Made by a program: the position numbers and the translations under genes
In this document: positions 27,992 through 36,309 of the stretch, in pieces
Layout: each line of letters starts with the position of its first letter
Position numbering within the stretch: position 1 is the first letter of the stretch
Notes under the pieces: generated by a model
Seen by the model: the letters and a program-made list of their open reading frames with translations, nothing else
Database searches by the model: none
What the model was told of the DNA's origin: nothing
NCBI GenBank assembly: GCA_030538055.1
Contig: JAUNUS010000004.1
Coordinates: 25,524 to 89,523, forward strand
Reading direction: 5' to 3'
Source of the DNA: Neisseria sp.
GTDB taxonomy: Bacteria; Pseudomonadota; Gammaproteobacteria; Burkholderiales; Neisseriaceae
Length of the DNA stretch: 64,000 nucleotides

Positions 27992-28360
27992 ATGACAAAC
28001 TTCGTCAAAAGCAATATGATAAGTGTATTTATTCAATCGGACGGTAATATGGTCACTACGTTTAGCATTGCCACTTTGGACGGCGCGCACATCGGTTTTC
28101 TGCTTATCACGCGTGACGACGCGCAGCAGGAGAGCGGCGGCTTGATGATTAAAGTTCAGGTAGCCGATCCTGAAGTCTCGCACCGCCCCGAAGTGCGTGC
28201 TTTGGCGCGGTCTGCGCAGGCTTATTTCGTGTGGCGGCTTGAAGACGCTTTGCTGAACATTTATGACGACCACGGCGAAGAGACCGCGCAGATTCAGGGC
28301 GAATATTTGCAGTATTGCGGTTATACTTACAGCCTGAACGAATTGGTCGGAGTGTGGTAA
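27992..28360 (+). CDS. hypothetical protein, translationally coupled to ccoS
   Basis: I chose the ATG at 27992 within track ORF 27890..28360, because the upstream part contains a DUS. Its TAA stop overlaps the ccoS ATG (TAATG). No family recognised. Confidence 0.45.
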   Translation: MTNFVKSNMISVFIQSDGNMVTTFSIATLDGAHIGFLLITRDDAQQESGGLMIKVQVADPEVSHRPEVRALARSAQAYFVWRLEDALLNIYDDHGEETAQIQGEYLQYCGYTYSLNELVGVW

Positions 28361-28548
28361 TGGAAAGCGTGTATATTTTAATTCCCTTGAGTATTTTGCT
28401 GGTATTCGTCATCGGTGCGGCGTTTTGGTGGTCGTCCAAAAGCGGACAATTCGATGACTTGGACGGCCCGGGCTATCGCGTCATCATGGACGACGACAGC
28501 ACCGATACGCTGCCTGAAAACAATGACGACAATCCGCCGACATCATGA
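28360..28548 (+). CDS. ccoS: cbb3-type cytochrome oxidase maturation protein CcoS/FixS
   Basis: MESVYILIPLSILLVFVIGAAFWWSSKSGQFDDLDGP... is the classic CcoS N-terminus. 62 aa, from an internal start of track ORF 28315..28548. Confidence 0.85.
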   Translation: MESVYILIPLSILLVFVIGAAFWWSSKSGQFDDLDGPGYRVIMDDDSTDTLPENNDDNPPTS

Positions 28549-29828
28549 GTTCCGATTTCTCTTTTGCCCGCAGCCGCCGTTTTGCACCGCTGTTTGGCAC
28601 GCAGTTTCTGGGTGCGTTCAACGATAATTTCTTCAAAACCACAGTGTTTGTGCTGATCACTTATCACGGTTTGAGCGGTCAGTCTTCTTTGCCGCCGGCG
28701 CAGTGGTTGAATTTCGGCATGTTATTGTTTATTTTGCCGTATTTTTTATTCTCCGCCTTTTCGGGCGAAATCAGTACGCGCTTTGACAAGGCACTGATTG
28801 CGCGCGCGGTCAAAGTCATCGAAGTGGCGATTATGCTGCTGGCGGTGGTCGGTTTTGTCCGTAACTCAGTGTGGTTGTTGATGTTGTGCCTGTTTTTGAT
28901 GGGCACGCATTCGACTTTGTTCGGCCCGTTGAAGTACGCGATTTTGCCCGATTATTTGCAGCGCGATGAGTTGATTTTGGGCAATGGTTTGATTGAAAGC
29001 GGTACGTTTATTGCGATTTTGCTCGGTCAGTTCACCGGCTCGGCTTTGGCCGGCATCAATCCGTGGGTGATCAGCATTGCTTTGTTGATCGTCGCAGGAT
29101 CAGGTTTGGTTTCATCATGGTTCATGCCGCGTGTCGGTGCGAAAAATCCGCACGCGCCGATTCATGCCAATATTGTCAAAAGCTCCAAAAATCTGCTGCG
29201 CGAAACTTTCAAACACGTTGAACTGGCGACCGCCATCATCGGCATTTCATGGTTTTGGTTTCTCGGCGCGGTGTACACCACGCAATTGCCCACCTTCACC
29301 GAAATCCACTTGGGCGGTAATCAAAACGTGTTCAATCTGATGCTGACCTTATTTTCAGTAGGCATCGGCGCCGGTTCGGTGTGGTGCGCCAAGCTGTGTC
29401 ACGGGCATTTGAATTTGCGTTTGGTGCTGTTCGGCGCGGCGGGCATGGCGATTTTCGGCACGGTGCTGGCGTTTGCCACCTTTGGACGGCATCAGGGCGA
29501 GCTTGTCGGTTTGGGGCAGTTTTTACAGCAACCGCGCGCTTACACCGTGATCGTGTGCATTGCCGCGCTTGGGCTATGCGGCGGCTTTTTCTCGGTGCCG
29601 CTGTACACTTGGCTGCAAACCGCCAGCAGCGAAACCTTCCGCGCCCACGCGATCGCCGCCAACAACATCGTCAACGGTGTTTTTATGGTCGCTGCGGCGT
29701 TGATTTCTGCGATTTTAATGTGGTTGGCGCACAATGTGTCTTTACTGTATCTTCTGACCGCGCTGGGTAATCTGGCAGCGATTTTTATTCTGGTTAAACT
29801 TTCACCCAAAATGTGGGAAAGCCGATAA
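28545..29828 (+). CDS. MFS transporter, lysophospholipid transporter LplT-like
   Basis: 427 aa, about 12 TM helices. The N-terminus FAPLFGTQFLGAFNDNFFK resembles LplT. The start overlaps the ccoS stop (ATGA). Confidence 0.65.
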   Translation: MSSDFSFARSRRFAPLFGTQFLGAFNDNFFKTTVFVLITYHGLSGQSSLPPAQWLNFGMLLFILPYFLFSAFSGEISTRFDKALIARAVKVIEVAIMLLAVVGFVRNSVWLLMLCLFLMGTHSTLFGPLKYAILPDYLQRDELILGNGLIESGTFIAILLGQFTGSALAGINPWVISIALLIVAGSGLVSSWFMPRVGAKNPHAPIHANIVKSSKNLLRETFKHVELATAIIGISWFWFLGAVYTTQLPTFTEIHLGGNQNVFNLMLTLFSVGIGAGSVWCAKLCHGHLNLRLVLFGAAGMAIFGTVLAFATFGRHQGELVGLGQFLQQPRAYTVIVCIAALGLCGGFFSVPLYTWLQTASSETFRAHAIAANNIVNGVFMVAAALISAILMWLAHNVSLLYLLTALGNLAAIFILVKLSPKMWESR

Positions 29829-29829
29829 A

Positions 29830-29890
29830 CACGGTGCGGCAATGAAGCACAAAGTGAACAGCTTCTGCAAAGCAATACAGGCTGCCTGAA
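29830..29890 (+). repeat. ~60-bp 3'-terminal fragment of the ~350-bp repeat family
   Basis: GGTGCGGCAATGAAGCACAAAGTGAACAGCTTCTGCAAAGCAATACAGGCTGCCTGAA matches the right ends of copies at 59000-59058 and (inverted) 51546-51610. It ends in an exact DUS. Confidence 0.65.
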
Positions 29891-29961
29891 ACATTTAAAA
29901 TCCTTTCAGGCAGCCTAAAATACAATCTTACACAAATATCATTTATTCAAAATCTTCCATA

Positions 29962-30663
29962 ATGAACAACCCTTCTCCACCCGATCATACCGTCAGTCAT
30001 CTGCGCGGCATTCGCAGCTTTGTGCTGCGCCAAGGACATTTATCCGCGTCGCAATTGAACGCCATCAACACTTTAATGCCGCGCTGGGGCATGGCATATC
30101 GCGCCGAGCACACTGATTTGAACGCGCTTTTCGGGCGGGATAAGCCGAAAATTCTGGAAATCGGTTTCGGCATGGGCACGGCCACCGCCGAGATTGCACA
30201 CCAGCTGCCTGAATACGATTTTGTGGCGATTGATGTCCACAGCCCGGGCGTGGGGAATTTGCTGAAATTGATTAACGAGCGCGGTATCGATAACATCCGC
30301 GTGATGCGCCACGATGCGGTCGAAGTGGTCACGCATATGCTGGGCGACGGCAGTTTGCACGGCGTGCATATTTTCTTTCCCGATCCGTGGCACAAAAAAC
30401 GTCACCATAAACGCCGCCTGATTCAGCCTGACTTCATCAACAAGCTGCTGCCGAAAATCGCCATCGGCGGTTATGTTCACGCCGCGACTGATTGGCAAGA
30501 CTATGCCGAGCAAATGCTGGAAGTATTGTCCGCGACCGCAGGTTTACGCAACACCGCCGCCGATTACGCGCCCAAACCCGCCTATCGCCCCGAAACCAAA
30601 TTTGAAACCCGTGGCAAAAAACTCGGTCACGGCGTGTGGGATTTGGTGTTTGAACGGATCTGA
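29962..30663 (+). CDS. trmB: tRNA (guanine46-N7)-methyltransferase
   Basis: EIGFGMG SAM motif and FFPDPWHKKRHHKRRL signature. Confidence 0.93.
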   Translation: MNNPSPPDHTVSHLRGIRSFVLRQGHLSASQLNAINTLMPRWGMAYRAEHTDLNALFGRDKPKILEIGFGMGTATAEIAHQLPEYDFVAIDVHSPGVGNLLKLINERGIDNIRVMRHDAVEVVTHMLGDGSLHGVHIFFPDPWHKKRHHKRRLIQPDFINKLLPKIAIGGYVHAATDWQDYAEQMLEVLSATAGLRNTAADYAPKPAYRPETKFETRGKKLGHGVWDLVFERI

Positions 30664-30886
30664 CGGCGATTATCTTCAATACTTTGGGAGCCTCTGAAAC
30701 GAAGTTCAGAGGTCTCCTTGCATAATCCGTGTTAAAATTCGTCTTTTCGCCGTTTGTCATCAAGCGGTAAAAAATTTTCCCAACCCGCCGTAAGGCTGCC
30801 TGAAACACTAATTTTCCGCATACCGTATCAGAGTGTTGAAAATTAGGGTTTTAGCGGCTGACGGTTTTATTCAAAAAAGGACTTTT

Positions 30887-33019
30887 ATGTTTAATAAACA
30901 CGTTAAAACATTCCAATACGGTCAGCACACCGTCAGCTTGGAAACCGGCGAAATCGCCCGTCAAGCATCCGCCGCCGTTAAAGTATCCATGGGCGACACC
31001 GTGGTGTTGGTGAGCGTGGTCGCTGCCAAAGACATTAAAGCAGGGCAAGATTTCTTTCCCTTGACCGTGGATTATTTCGAGCGCACTTACGCCGCAGGCA
31101 AAATCCCCGGCGGCTTTTTCAAGCGCGAAGGCAAACCGAGCGAAAAAGAAGTTTTGACCAGCCGTTTGATTGACCGCCCGATCCGCCCGCTGTTTCCGGA
31201 AGGCTTCTACCACGACATTCAAATCATCGCGATGGTGGTATCGCTCGACCCCGAAATCGACTCCGACATCCCCGCCATGATCGGCGCGTCCGCCGCTTTG
31301 GTCTTGGCCGGCGTACCTTTTGCCGGTCCGATTGGCGCAGCGCGCGTAGGCTACCTGAACGGCGAATATGTTTTGAACCCGAGCAAAACCCAACTGGAAA
31401 GCTCGCAGTTGAACTTGGTCGTCGCCGGCACGCAAAAAGCGGTGCTGATGGTGGAATCCGAAGCGCAAGAATTGTCCGAAGCCGTGATGCTCGGCTCGGT
31501 GGTGTTCGGTCACGAGCAAATGCAAACTGTGATTCAAGCGATCAACGAATTGGCCGACGCGGTCAATCCTGCGGTGTGGGAATGGCAAGCACCGGTGAAA
31601 AACGATGCTTTAATCCAACAGATCAAAGACATCGCCGGAGAAGACATTCAGGCAGCCTTCAAAATCCGCCAAAAACAATCCCGCAGCGAAAAATTAAGCG
31701 AAGCTTGGGCAAAAGTCTCCGCCGCTTTGATCAATGAAAACACCGACACTTTGGCGGCCAACGAAATTCGCGGCATTTTCCATGATCTGGAAGCCGAAGT
31801 GGTGCGCTCGCAGATCCTCAACGGCGAAGCACGCATCGACGGCCGCGATACCCGCACCGTGCGCCCGATCAACATTCAAACCGGCGTTTTACCGCGCACC
31901 CACGGTTCGGCATTGTTCACCCGTGGTGAAACCCAAGCTTTGGCAGTCGCCACCTTAGGCACGCAACGCGACGAGCAAATCATCGACGCTCTGAGCGGCG
32001 AGTATACCGACCGCTTTATGTTGCATTACAATTTCCCACCCTACTCTACCGGCGAAGTCGGTCGCGTCGGCGTGCCCAAACGCCGCGAAATCGGCCACGG
32101 CCGCCTGGCGAAACGCGCTTTGCTGGCGGTCTTGCCGCCGCAAGAAGAATTCAACTACGCCATGCGCGTGGTGTCCGAAATCACCGAATCGAACGGTTCG
32201 TCATCCATGGCTTCCGTGTGCGGCGGCTGTCTCGCCCTTTTGTCGGCAGGCGTTCCGCTGAAAGCTCACGTTGCCGGCATCGCCATGGGTTTGATTTTGG
32301 AAGGCAATAAATTCGCCGTCCTGACCGATATTCTCGGTGACGAAGACCATTTGGGCGATATGGATTTCAAAGTCGCCGGCACCGCAAACGGCGTGACCGC
32401 CCTGCAAATGGACATCAAAATCCAAGGCATCACCAAAGACATCATGCACATCGCGCTGGAGCAGGCCAAAGAAGGCCGTATGCACATCTTGGGCTTGATG
32501 AAAGAAGCAGTCGAAGGCCCGCAGACCTTGTCCGAATTTGCACCGCGTCTGTTTACCTTGAAAATCAACCCCGAGAAAATCCGCGACGTGATCGGTAAAG
32601 GCGGCGAAACCATCCGCGCCCTGACCAAAGAAACCGGCACGGAAATCAACATCGACGACACCGGTATCATCGTGATCGCCGCCACCACACAGGAAGCCGC
32701 CGACGAAGCCAAACGCCGCATCGAAGAAATCACGGTTGAAGTCGAAGCGGGCAAAGTGTACGAAGGCACGGTACTGAAAATCCTCGACAATAACGTCGGT
32801 GCGATTGTCTCGATTTTGCCGGGTAAAGACGGTTTGGTGCATATCAGCCAAATCGCCCACGAGCGCGTGAAAAACGTCAGCGATTACCTGCAAGTCGGCC
32901 AAGCCGTCACGGTCAAAGCTTTGGAAATCGACGACCGTGGTCGCGTCCGCCTGTCGATTAAAGCCTTGCTGGACAGACCGCAAGCACAGGAAGAAAGCGG
33001 CGAACAAGATAACGCGTAA
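30887..33019 (+). CDS. pnp: polyribonucleotide nucleotidyltransferase (PNPase)
   Basis: [27 protein letters not shown]..., two RNase PH domains, KH ([11 protein letters not shown]) and S1 ([11 protein letters not shown]). The track start at 30833 is a GTG extension. Confidence 0.97.
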   Translation: MFNKHVKTFQYGQHTVSLETGEIARQASAAVKVSMGDTVVLVSVVAAKDIKAGQDFFPLTVDYFERTYAAGKIPGGFFKREGKPSEKEVLTSRLIDRPIRPLFPEGFYHDIQIIAMVVSLDPEIDSDIPAMIGASAALVLAGVPFAGPIGAARVGYLNGEYVLNPSKTQLESSQLNLVVAGTQKAVLMVESEAQELSEAVMLGSVVFGHEQMQTVIQAINELADAVNPAVWEWQAPVKNDALIQQIKDIAGEDIQAAFKIRQKQSRSEKLSEAWAKVSAALINENTDTLAANEIRGIFHDLEAEVVRSQILNGEARIDGRDTRTVRPINIQTGVLPRTHGSALFTRGETQALAVATLGTQRDEQIIDALSGEYTDRFMLHYNFPPYSTGEVGRVGVPKRREIGHGRLAKRALLAVLPPQEEFNYAMRVVSEITESNGSSSMASVCGGCLALLSAGVPLKAHVAGIAMGLILEGNKFAVLTDILGDEDHLGDMDFKVAGTANGVTALQMDIKIQGITKDIMHIALEQAKEGRMHILGLMKEAVEGPQTLSEFAPRLFTLKINPEKIRDVIGKGGETIRALTKETGTEINIDDTGIIVIAATTQEAADEAKRRIEEITVEVEAGKVYEGTVLKILDNNVGAIVSILPGKDGLVHISQIAHERVKNVSDYLQVGQAVTVKALEIDDRGRVRLSIKALLDRPQAQEESGEQDNA

Positions 33020-33044
33020 TCAAGCTTGCCTCCATCATCTCGAA

Positions 33045-33072
33045 CCGCCCTGATCAAACAGGGCGGTTTTTT
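33045..33072 (+). terminator. rho-independent terminator of pnp
   Basis: CCGCCCTG-atcaaa-CAGGGCGG followed by TTTTTT. Confidence 0.8.
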
Positions 33073-33386
33073 GATGCCTGATGCAGCAATACAACACATT
33101 TTCCGAGGAAAATACTGAGAAAAATAAAACATTCATCCTACCTGATTATTGTCGGTAAGAGAAAACCAGTCCTAGCCTGATGATGTATGGATAACTTTCT
33201 CTTTTCCATACTGCTGATAACCATCATCTGTGCTCAATCAATCAAAAAAAACTACTTGGTTCAATGGGTATTAAAATTGACAATCGCCAAAAAATAATAA
33301 TATAATAATGGATCATTTATTCTCGCTCAGAAAGCACCCTGAACGAGGGTTCAATCGACCAACCATCCCAACGCGAGGTACACACC

Positions 33387-33752
33387 ATGTCCAATTTCGC
33401 CTTATCAGAACTTGCCAAATTAGACGGCTTTATCGCCGTTACCCTAGTCGACACCGAAGTCGGCATGAGCATGGCATCCGAAGGCTCAACCGCAACCGAC
33501 CCCGAGATGAACGCCGTTGCCGCAACCGAAGTTTATCGCTCAATGACTAAAGCCATTGATCTGTTGCAGTTGAACGATAAAATCGAAGACACTTTGGTCT
33601 CCTTAGGCGACACCTACCAGCTGATTCGCCCCTTGCATGCCAATCCCAAACTCGTGATTCATCTGGCCATGCGCCGTGCCCAGTCCAACTTGGCATTGGC
33701 TCGTCGCGCTTTGTCCGACTTTGAAAGCAGCCACGATTTTTCCGTGCTGTAA
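33387..33752 (+). CDS. Roadblock/LC7-like protein, orphan paralog of 4936..5292
   Basis: 121 aa. It aligns by eye along its whole length with the 118-aa protein (LDGFIAVTLVD / VDGALSAAVVD; LIRPL / LMRPL; identical SNLALARRAL). It is flanked by an AT-rich upstream region and its own terminator. Confidence 0.6.
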   Translation: MSNFALSELAKLDGFIAVTLVDTEVGMSMASEGSTATDPEMNAVAATEVYRSMTKAIDLLQLNDKIEDTLVSLGDTYQLIRPLHANPKLVIHLAMRRAQSNLALARRALSDFESSHDFSVL

Positions 33753-33770
33753 TCGAAAAACATCATCTCT

Positions 33771-33802
33771 ACTGCCGTGCCTATGCACGGCAGTATTTTT
33801 TT
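33771..33802 (+). terminator. rho-independent terminator
   Basis: ACTGCCGTGC-ctat-GCACGGCAGT followed by ATTTTTTT. Confidence 0.75.
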
Positions 33803-33916
33803 GCTTTCAGGCAGCCTGAAAAGTAAATAGCGATAGGTGTGCGATCCATTCAAGCCATACTGCTTGAGCATAACTGTACATTGATCCATCTCCGGTAAGA
33901 AACAACAAAAACAGCA

Positions 33917-33960
33917 AAACCGCCGATGCCGCGCAATGAATGGCGCGGCATCGGCGGTTT
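33917..33960. terminator. 18-bp perfect hairpin, likely mltD terminator
   Basis: AAACCGCCGATGCCGCGC-aatgaatg-GCGCGGCATCGGCGGTTT. On the minus strand it is followed by a T-rich tract. Confidence 0.6.
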
Positions 33961-33987
33961 AAGTGCGGTGACACTTTGATGCTTGGC

Positions 33988-35568
33988 TTATGCAGATTTT
34001 TTCTTACGATTGAGCTTTACCGATTTTTGTGCGGCTTTTTTGTCGCTTGCTTTTTTCTGTACACGTTTGTTGGTAACCGTTTTTTGTTTACTGTTAACTT
34101 TACGTGTAGTAGTGCGCTTGGTGGTCGCAGATTGTGTTTTGACTTTCAGCACCTGTCCGACGCGAAGTTTATCCGAACGCAAATTATTCAGTGCTTTAAG
34201 CTCTTTGACCGTCATGCCTACCTGCTGTGCAATCTGCGATAAGGTCACGCCTTTTTTCACCGTTACCCGTGCATAGCGCACAGTATTGTTTTTCGCTCGC
34301 GGAGCAACCGTATCGTTAATGATGCGCGGCTCTTCATACCAACCGTCTGCCACCGAGTCTGTATCGTTATACGTCGTTTTCACCATATAATTCGATGCGG
34401 CGCGGTTGGTGGTGATCACACTGTCCGGTGCCGGCGTCGCTATCGTTCTGACGCGCGCCACCAATAAAATACTGCCTGTCGGCACATGATCGCCACGCAG
34501 ATTATTACCTTTTTTCAGCACCGCCAGATCCATACCGTATTGCTTGGCGATTTCCGTTAATTGCCGCTCCTCACCCACACGATGAGGCTGCCAAGTCAGC
34601 AAGGCATCGGGATCCGCCTGACGCAAATTGGCGCGAAAAGTCGCTACCGCAGATTTAGGCAATAACAGCTTGCGTCCGCTTTGCGGTACCCATACCGGTA
34701 CTTTATAACCCGGGTTCAGGCTCAACAGCTCTTCTTCGGAAATTTTCGCCAAGCGGGCAATCGCCGCCATATCGATCGGATGATCCACTTTCACCGCTTC
34801 AAAATACGGGCGGTTGTCGATTTTTTTCAAGGCCAGATCAAAAGCACTCGGATCTTCTACCAGATTACGCACCGCTAGCAATTTCGGCACATATTCTCGG
34901 GTTTCCCGCGGCAAATCAAGATATTCGAATGTGGTCGGCAGGCCTTTTTTCTCGGCGCGCGCCTGTGCCCGTTGTACACAGCCTTCACCACAGTTGTACG
35001 CCGCCAGCGCCAGATTCCAATCGCCAAACATACCATGCAAGTACTGCAAGTAATCCAGCGCGGCATTGGTCGCAGCATGCACGTCATTGCGTCCGTCATA
35101 CCATTGGCTTTGTTTTAAGCCGTATTGCGTACCGGTTTTCGGCATAAACTGCCAAATACCCGATGCGCCGACATGCGATTTGGCACGGGTAACGAATGCG
35201 CTTTCGATGAACGGTAACAAGGCAATCTCGCCGGGCATATTTCTTTTTTCGACTTCACTGGCGATATGGTAAAGATAAGGTGAGCCGCGGCGAACGATGC
35301 GATTGAAATATTCCGGTTTTTTCGCATAAAAATCTTCAAACCGCTGCACCAGATCAGGACTGACGTCTTTTAATTCAAAACGATGGCGAATCTGCCCCCA
35401 TAAATCCAAATCCGCACCGGTGGCACGTAAAGGCGAATTATTCAGCTGCATCACGTATGCCGCCAACTCTTGTTCGCTGACATTGTTCGCAGCCGCCGTA
35501 CCATTCGCGCAGGCAAAAAAAGGCAGCCCCAAAAGGCTGATGACCATGTATTTGAAAGAAGCCGTCAT
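33988..35568 (-). CDS. mltD: membrane-bound lytic murein transglycosylase D-like lipoprotein with LysM repeats
   Basis: Lipobox LPFFAC after the ATG at 35568 (track start 35589 is GTG). It has an SLT domain (ESAF..., SGIWQFMPKTGTQYGL) and LysM-like segments (e.g. VTVKKGVTLSQIAQQVGMTVKELKALNNL). The C-terminal tail is highly basic. Confidence 0.85.
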   Translation of the reverse strand: MTASFKYMVISLLGLPFFACANGTAAANNVSEQELAAYVMQLNNSPLRATGADLDLWGQIRHRFELKDVSPDLVQRFEDFYAKKPEYFNRIVRRGSPYLYHIASEVEKRNMPGEIALLPFIESAFVTRAKSHVGASGIWQFMPKTGTQYGLKQSQWYDGRNDVHAATNAALDYLQYLHGMFGDWNLALAAYNCGEGCVQRAQARAEKKGLPTTFEYLDLPRETREYVPKLLAVRNLVEDPSAFDLALKKIDNRPYFEAVKVDHPIDMAAIARLAKISEEELLSLNPGYKVPVWVPQSGRKLLLPKSAVATFRANLRQADPDALLTWQPHRVGEERQLTEIAKQYGMDLAVLKKGNNLRGDHVPTGSILLVARVRTIATPAPDSVITTNRAASNYMVKTTYNDTDSVADGWYEEPRIINDTVAPRAKNNTVRYARVTVKKGVTLSQIAQQVGMTVKELKALNNLRSDKLRVGQVLKVKTQSATTKRTTTRKVNSKQKTVTNKRVQKKASDKKAAQKSVKLNRKKKSA

Positions 35569-35698
35569 GACACTATTACTCGAAATCACTGTTCAATAAT
35601 GCAGACAATGTTAATTTTTCTCTTAAAAAAAGTCAAGCCGAGATTCAAGTAAAGTCAATGATTTATCTGATGATTTTTCTTAAAGTGATAAGGTTTAT

Positions 35699-36124
35699 CT
35701 ATTCCAGATGATGCGTGGTGTCGGCAGATTGCGATGTTTTGACTTCACTGAATTCGCCGCTGATGATGTTGTCATCCTTTTTAGGCTGCCTGAAAGCGGA
35801 TTTTGCCTTACCTTTCAATGGGAGCAACAATGCCAAGCCGATGATATCGCTGAAAAAACCGGGCAGCAAAAAAAGCAATGCCGCCATACCGTAACGCATC
35901 GGCCATAGCATCTGGTACCACGAAACGCTGCCGTCACGACTGCGGAAAATATCCATCGACAGCAGAAAAGCAGACACTCCGATATGGCGCAGCATGTACA
36001 CGCCCAAGAAAAAAAACAGTGCCAGCATCATAATGGTCGCTGCGCCCCCCGCCCATGAGGCAAACAATACCAGCGACAAAATTTCCGCGAAGAAAAAACC
36101 GATAAACATCAAAAAATAAGGCAT
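35699..36124 (-). CDS. fxsA: FxsA family membrane protein
   Basis: 141 aa. FAEILSLVLF at the N-terminus and the signature PGFFSDIIGLALLLP. Confidence 0.8.
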   Translation of the reverse strand: MPYFLMFIGFFFAEILSLVLFASWAGGAATIMMLALFFFLGVYMLRHIGVSAFLLSMDIFRSRDGSVSWYQMLWPMRYGMAALLFLLPGFFSDIIGLALLLPLKGKAKSAFRQPKKDDNIISGEFSEVKTSQSADTTHHLE

Positions 36125-36263
36125 CGAAACGCTCCAAACTGATCAGGTTAAACATGTTGGGTTCTTGAACCGCTTTTCAACTCTAACACAAGACCTGCCG
36201 GCGTCATCAAGTAAAAAAGCCACACCATAAGGATGATCACACCCAGTTCATATACCTTCCCAT

Positions 36264-36288
36264 AAAAAATGCCCGTCAAATGACGGGC
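36264..36288 (-). terminator. rho-independent terminator of the cco operon
   Basis: Minus strand reads GCCCGTCA-tt-TGACGGGC followed by ATTTTTT, 22 nt after the ccoP stop. Confidence 0.75.
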
Positions 36289-36309
36289 ATTGATTTGACT
36301 GAGCATTAA

